From the IMG/VR virus record IMGVR_UViG_3300045988_061855: DNA of 64,000 nucleotides; one strand, 5' to 3'. Within the stretch, counting starts at the first letter, position 1; every line of letters starts with the position of its first letter. Positions 60,701 through 64,000 of this stretch are shown here, piece after piece. Below the pieces are notes generated by a model. That model did no database searches. It had not been told where the DNA came from and worked only from the letters and a program-made list of their open reading frames with translations. Position numbers and translations under genes: made by a program. Origin of the DNA: a virus.

Positions 60701-62154
60701 CGGTATCCAAAACATATCAGACAAAAAATGATATGGGCAACTATTATACAACTAAACAGACTGATGCTGCTATAAAAACTCGTTGTGACAATGTTGAGTT
60801 AAAAGTTGATGGAATTAAGATTGGTGGAAGGAATCTTGCACAAAAAACGTCTAGTAAGTACTATGTTAGTTTTTCCAAGTTCAATGGAAACGATAACGTT
60901 TGTTTTAGCATTGGAAACACTTTAACTGATGGGTTATCAGTAGGCGACATAATATCAATTAAGTTAGTATGCAAATATACTAATATAGCATCTGTAAGCG
61001 GAAAAACTCCTCAGGTTCGTATTATTGGAGCTGGTAATGTAACAGGTTGGAATGATAATGGATATTTTCCAGTAAACAATTTTACTAAGTTATCTGGTTC
61101 TAATGGTGAAGTAACAATAATATATCAGGCAACAATAAATGAAAATCACGTTAAAAATTCTTATTGGAATACGTTACTCAGAACAGATGCGATTCAAAGT
61201 GGCACAATACAATGCAAAATGTTTAAAGTTGAACGCGGTACAAGATATACAGACTGGACACCAGCACCTGAAGACGTTGATTCAGCTATAAACGATGTAA
61301 GTGAAAGTACTAATCAATATATTACAGATGTCTCTGACAGCTTGGGAAAAACAGAAGAAGAGTTAGCCGACTTGAAATCTAATACCAATGCTACACTTAA
61401 ATTATGTGTAAAAGAAGATGAAACTGGACGCCTAAAGTCTATGATAGAAGCCATTGCAGATACTATCAACATCACGGCAAAAGGTGGATTGAATCTTACT
61501 GGTAATAGATTCAGCGTAAGTAGTACAAATCTTACTATTACTAAAGATGGTAGCATGACATGTAAGAAAATTGTTGCTACGGGCGGAACTGTAGGTGGAT
61601 GGCAAATTCAATCTGATGGATTGTATTCAATGTCAGGAGAACAAGGATCATCACTCAGTCTTATGAATCTAGGAAATTTTAAAGGCTCTTCTGAAGATGA
61701 TTTAATCATATCGTTTAGAAGATGGAATACCTATCCGTTTTATGTAACTAGTGGCGGAGAATTAGGATGTCGAAAATTAGCTATTTCGGTTGGATATAAC
61801 AAGTTAAATCAGCGTGCAACTACATCAGCAAATGATACTCAAGCGTTTAATTATGCATGGACAATAAATGGTACAGGATTGTTTATACTTAATGCTGGAT
61901 TATGGACTGATACCACTGATGATTATGGAACCACTAATTGTGCTATTTATGTCAATGGAGCATGTGTCACATCAAATACTCATCGATATGGTGAAAATTC
62001 AAGCTCAGTAGAATTAGATGCCGGTGCAACATTTGTATACTGGTTCAGGAATGCTAATAATCAGAAAGTGCTATTACAAGCAGGCTCAACAAAAACAGGA
62101 AACAAAACACTCACATACACTGTTCAAGGCTTATTTGGCTTGGCAGTAACTTAA
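57757..62154 (+). CDS. tail fibre / receptor-binding protein with coiled coil, collagen-like triplets and repeated modules
   Basis: ATG at 57757 follows GGAGGTGAG. Collagen-like triplets are GAKGDQGIPGTNGQNGKS and GEKGDTGATGKG. The block (E/R)(K/S/R)G..ATDW.PA.ED occurs three times. The module YQ...PTGTW...YLWTR..FTYSDNTISTSY is repeated. Confidence 0.75.
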   Translation: MPLSENLKDQFAKMVNTDNPKENIGNAVYGTVKVYSDGTKAVVLDGSNIATPFETVTDAEDGDRVTVTIRNHKAVVTGNLSSPAARTDAVKTNSEKIGEFNTVLSNKVDTDELDAQVGRINTLESDNATIKHKLAASEGEFKEIKTKQLEVEEKVTAAEAEIKTIKSDKIDATVVESEYTKTKVFDALAGTVGTLNGDFSNFKNTTTEKLDAHKADIDELNTKKLNSEDADLKYANIDFTNIGTAAMAYFYAQSGLIKNVVVGDQTITGELIGVTIKGDLIEGNTVVADKLVIKGEDGLYYKLNTDGITAEAEQTDYNSINGQVIRAKSVTASKIDVKDLVAFDATIAGFKIDDNAIHSIGKESATSGVRGIYLGKDGQMAVGDSNHYIKYYKDTDGSFKLAISAESMEFSSGTSVKDAIDDVNNKVNNIKSIKNTTVTYQVGDSNTKAPTGTWSPNIPSVTVGKYLWTRTVFTYSDNTISTSYGISSMGAKGDQGIPGTNGQNGKSIGSVINYYLATNANTGVTASTSGWTTTVQSVSTSKKYLWNYEIVKYTDGTIASTTAPCVIGSYGDTGEAGKNFNWNLIKYNYIEAMAAEIDKSEYVKSGKVICEGDNINSGFKIDSADCYEPSTKYILSGYITVISKTCNNLYFYNGKNHVFISLLIDGRNYSTPFGNELIAANSILNDGKSHYFELRFQTATDIPDDSSVLYTYIQLNKSNATNIRYQITGLKLEKGTEATDWCPAQEDLKGEKGDTGATGKGVKSTAITYQAAANGTTVPTGTWVASPPTTTSALPYMWTRTIITYTDNTISTSYSIGSTPEGIQVGGRNLLTGSAGWTKANPAKSTNAADGYAYIGGRVYLENGKTYTLQAVSDSVWATEHGDRTGKATIWIHGLLGDDFHRVFCGDGITSGRYTWTFVHTSATQNCEIRINGYSKITSFWDIKIESGNKATDWTPAPEDIDYAISDVNSKITKTKEEITQSVSKTYQTKNDMGNYYTTKQTDAAIKTRCDNVELKVDGIKIGGRNLAQKTSSKYYVSFSKFNGNDNVCFSIGNTLTDGLSVGDIISIKLVCKYTNIASVSGKTPQVRIIGAGNVTGWNDNGYFPVNNFTKLSGSNGEVTIIYQATINENHVKNSYWNTLLRTDAIQSGTIQCKMFKVERGTRYTDWTPAPEDVDSAINDVSESTNQYITDVSDSLGKTEEELADLKSNTNATLKLCVKEDETGRLKSMIEAIADTINITAKGGLNLTGNRFSVSSTNLTITKDGSMTCKKIVATGGTVGGWQIQSDGLYSMSGEQGSSLSLMNLGNFKGSSEDDLIISFRRWNTYPFYVTSGGELGCRKLAISVGYNKLNQRATTSANDTQAFNYAWTINGTGLFILNAGLWTDTTDDYGTTNCAIYVNGACVTSNTHRYGENSSSVELDAGATFVYWFRNANNQKVLLQAGSTKTGNKTLTYTVQGLFGLAVT

Positions 62155-62175
62155 AAAGAAAAGGAGATTAATATT

Positions 62176-62424
62176 ATGTTAGAAACAAGAAGCGATATTA
62201 CATTATCAGGAACAAGCTACATCGAAAAAGCTGTAGCTGGAGCAGAAACAAAGATGAGAACAGATGTTGTTTATCTCACAGCAACAATTAACTCAGGCAG
62301 CATCAGTTATTCAGTGAATAAGACTATTCAGGACAAGGATACTTATTTGAAGAATAAAGAATCATGTGATAAAGATATAGCAGAATTTGAAGCTACGGTA
62401 ATGAGCTACATACAGCAGGCATAA
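62176..62424 (+). CDS. hypothetical protein
   Basis: 82 aa with an AAGGAG RBS. Confidence 0.65.
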   Translation: MLETRSDITLSGTSYIEKAVAGAETKMRTDVVYLTATINSGSISYSVNKTIQDKDTYLKNKESCDKDIAEFEATVMSYIQQA

Positions 62425-62437
62425 GGAGAAATTCAAA

Positions 62438-62848
62438 ATGGATTTGACATTAGGCGAAATAAGAGATAAGTATAAGGTTTTTGTAGTAATATCTTCAAAA
62501 AAGCTTCCAATAAAGTTGTCATACGCAATTTCGAAGAATCTTTCAGTATTAGAAAAAGAAGCAAACTTAATTGATGATAATCGTATAAAGTTGGCAGAGG
62601 CTTATGCTGAAAAGAATCCTGACGGAACTCCAATTATTGATAAGAATAAGTGCTATGTTATTAACGAAGCCGCATTACCAAGTCTTAATAAAGAAATTGC
62701 TGAGTATTATCGAACTATAACCAGTATCGATATTTGCAAAGCTAATATTAAAGAACTTGATAAGCTTGAGGAATCAAGATACGATGCTCTTAGCCCAGCA
62801 GAGATATCTGCATTGGATTTTATGCTTGAAGATATTATGGAAAATTAA
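62438..62848 (+). CDS. hypothetical protein
   Basis: 136 aa with an AAGGAGA RBS. Confidence 0.7.
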   Translation: MDLTLGEIRDKYKVFVVISSKKLPIKLSYAISKNLSVLEKEANLIDDNRIKLAEAYAEKNPDGTPIIDKNKCYVINEAALPSLNKEIAEYYRTITSIDICKANIKELDKLEESRYDALSPAEISALDFMLEDIMEN

Positions 62849-62861
62849 AGAGGGATGATAA

Positions 62862-63182
62862 ATGAAGAATGTTTTGTTTCAGACATACATAATTATCTTA
62901 TCGACAGCAATGCCGACATTAATGGGATATATTGTATGGTTATTACAGCGTCAGAAAAAAGATAGGGACGCGAACAGCAAAGGTACTATGCTGCTTTTAA
63001 GAGCACAGTTGATAGAGTATCATGACAAATTTATGGAGATAGGAGAGATTCCGTCTGATGTGTATTCAAACTTTTGTGAAATGTATGATGCTTATCACAA
63101 TCTTGGAGGGAACGGTATGGCTACAAAAATGTATAAAGAGATAGAAGAACTTCATCTCAAATGTAAGGAGGAAAAATCATGA
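62862..63182 (+). CDS. membrane protein, possible holin/holin accessory
   Basis: 106 aa. N-terminal TM YIIILSTAMPTLMGYIVWLL followed by a charged tail. Confidence 0.5.
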   Translation: MKNVLFQTYIIILSTAMPTLMGYIVWLLQRQKKDRDANSKGTMLLLRAQLIEYHDKFMEIGEIPSDVYSNFCEMYDAYHNLGGNGMATKMYKEIEELHLKCKEEKS

Positions 63183-63400
63183 AGAAGATGAGTAATAAAA
63201 CTTACGATGTACTTAAGTGGATTGCAATGATTGGTTTACCAGCACTTATTACTTTTTATGGTATTGTTGGTGCTACTTGTCACATCCCGTATACAGATGC
63301 AGTGCTTACAATTGCGGGCGCGTTTGATGCAATGATGGGAACAATGCTTGGTATATCATCAAGTAAGTACAACAAGGATAATAATACAACTGAACAGTAG
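63179..63400 (+). CDS. holin (Dp-1 / LL-H-like)
   Basis: MKKMSNKTYDVLKWIAMIGLPALITFYGIVGATCHIPYTDAVLTIAGAFDAMMGTMLGIS. Confidence 0.7.
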   Translation: MKKMSNKTYDVLKWIAMIGLPALITFYGIVGATCHIPYTDAVLTIAGAFDAMMGTMLGISSSKYNKDNNTTEQ

Positions 63401-63411
63401 ATGATCAGGGG

Positions 63412-63442
63412 GGGCGTGCATACAACATGCCCTCTTATTTTT
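63412..63442 (+). terminator. rho-independent terminator at the end of the late operon
   Basis: GGGCGTG-cataca a-CATGCCC plus TCTTATTTTT. Confidence 0.65.
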
Positions 63443-63517
63443 ACCTAGGTTAAAACTCAGTACATAGGTTACATAGAAATTCATTAATATTACTTCCAGA
63501 ACGGAGGTGAATTCAAA

Positions 63518-63775
63518 ATGGAACAAGACATACACGAATACCCAGAATTCTCTGGTAAGAATGTCCCTGTAAAAGAAGTAGCAAGACTGATGGGTAAAGA
63601 CCAACAATTTATTCGACAGGGAATCATACGAGGTATATTACCAATAGGGGTTGCTTTTAAAAAGAAAATTGTAGATTCAAAATGGAACCAGGAAAAAGAA
63701 TCTACGCAGTATGACTTTTATATAAGTCCTAAATTATTATGGGAATACACAGGAATATTATATAAAGAAGAATAA
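63518..63775 (+). CDS. small HTH DNA-binding protein (excisionase/MerR-like)
   Basis: 85 aa with a GGAGGTG RBS. Contains VPVKEVARLMGKDQQFIRQGIIRGILPIGVAF. Confidence 0.6.
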   Translation: MEQDIHEYPEFSGKNVPVKEVARLMGKDQQFIRQGIIRGILPIGVAFKKKIVDSKWNQEKESTQYDFYISPKLLWEYTGILYKEE

Positions 63776-63787
63776 ATTACACGGGAA

Positions 63788-63815
63788 GGACAGGGTATAA
63801 ATCTTGTCCTTTTTA
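63788..63815 (+). terminator. rho-independent terminator
   Basis: GGACAGG-N8-CTTGTCC plus TTTTT. Confidence 0.6.
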
Positions 63816-64000
63816 TTTTGTTGTGATAAAATGTTGAGTGCGATTGTAATATATAATATGTTCTGAATCGATGTAGTTATGTGTGAGAAAGACGCATTAC
63901 AAGACGCATTTGATTTACAGGTGCAGTAATATCAAGCATCAGAACTAAATGTTACAATTAGAAGGGAAATGGGCAGAGATATTGATGGTGCCTGTGGACA

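Noticed and set aside
63518-64000. Calling the element an integrated prophage with a lysogeny module
   Set aside because: Only a small HTH protein and a 9-bp direct repeat (AGACGCATT at 63890 and 63902) are visible. There is no integrase, att site or flanking host gene in the window.

Overview
The window looks like most of an AT-rich Firmicutes-type siphovirus genome. About 105 genes are on the + strand and one small gene is on the - strand. No integrase, rRNA or CRISPR array is visible. Region 0.1-32 kb is an early/accessory and replication region made of many small ORFs, many of them membrane peptides. These ORFs are arranged as repeated cassettes of terminator hairpin, conserved ~30-nt promoter-like element, conserved RBS and small ORF. 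This region also holds a 1380-aa helicase-primase-PolB fusion, an SF2 helicase, a putative SSB, a tRNA-like gene, a ThyX-like gene split by a group I intron, and an XRE regulator behind an operator array. Region 32-64 kb starts with two PD-(D/E)XK nucleases and a 963-aa single-polypeptide RNA polymerase of the two-barrel type (YonO/beta-prime-like, ADFDGD motif). After that come an HNH endonuclease, TerL, portal, a prohead protease-capsid fusion, tail genes (2135-aa tape measure, 1466-aa fibre), holins and an HTH protein. The most interesting hypothesis links three observations: the phage RNAP, at least 17 copies of a conserved element confined to the early region, and an H-x-G-x-x-G-x-K-W-G motif shared by the RNAP, two basic proteins next to the terminase and a toxin-like protein. 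Together these suggest a phage-autonomous, possibly virion-delivered, transcription system. All functional calls rest on motif reading by eye, with no database searches.
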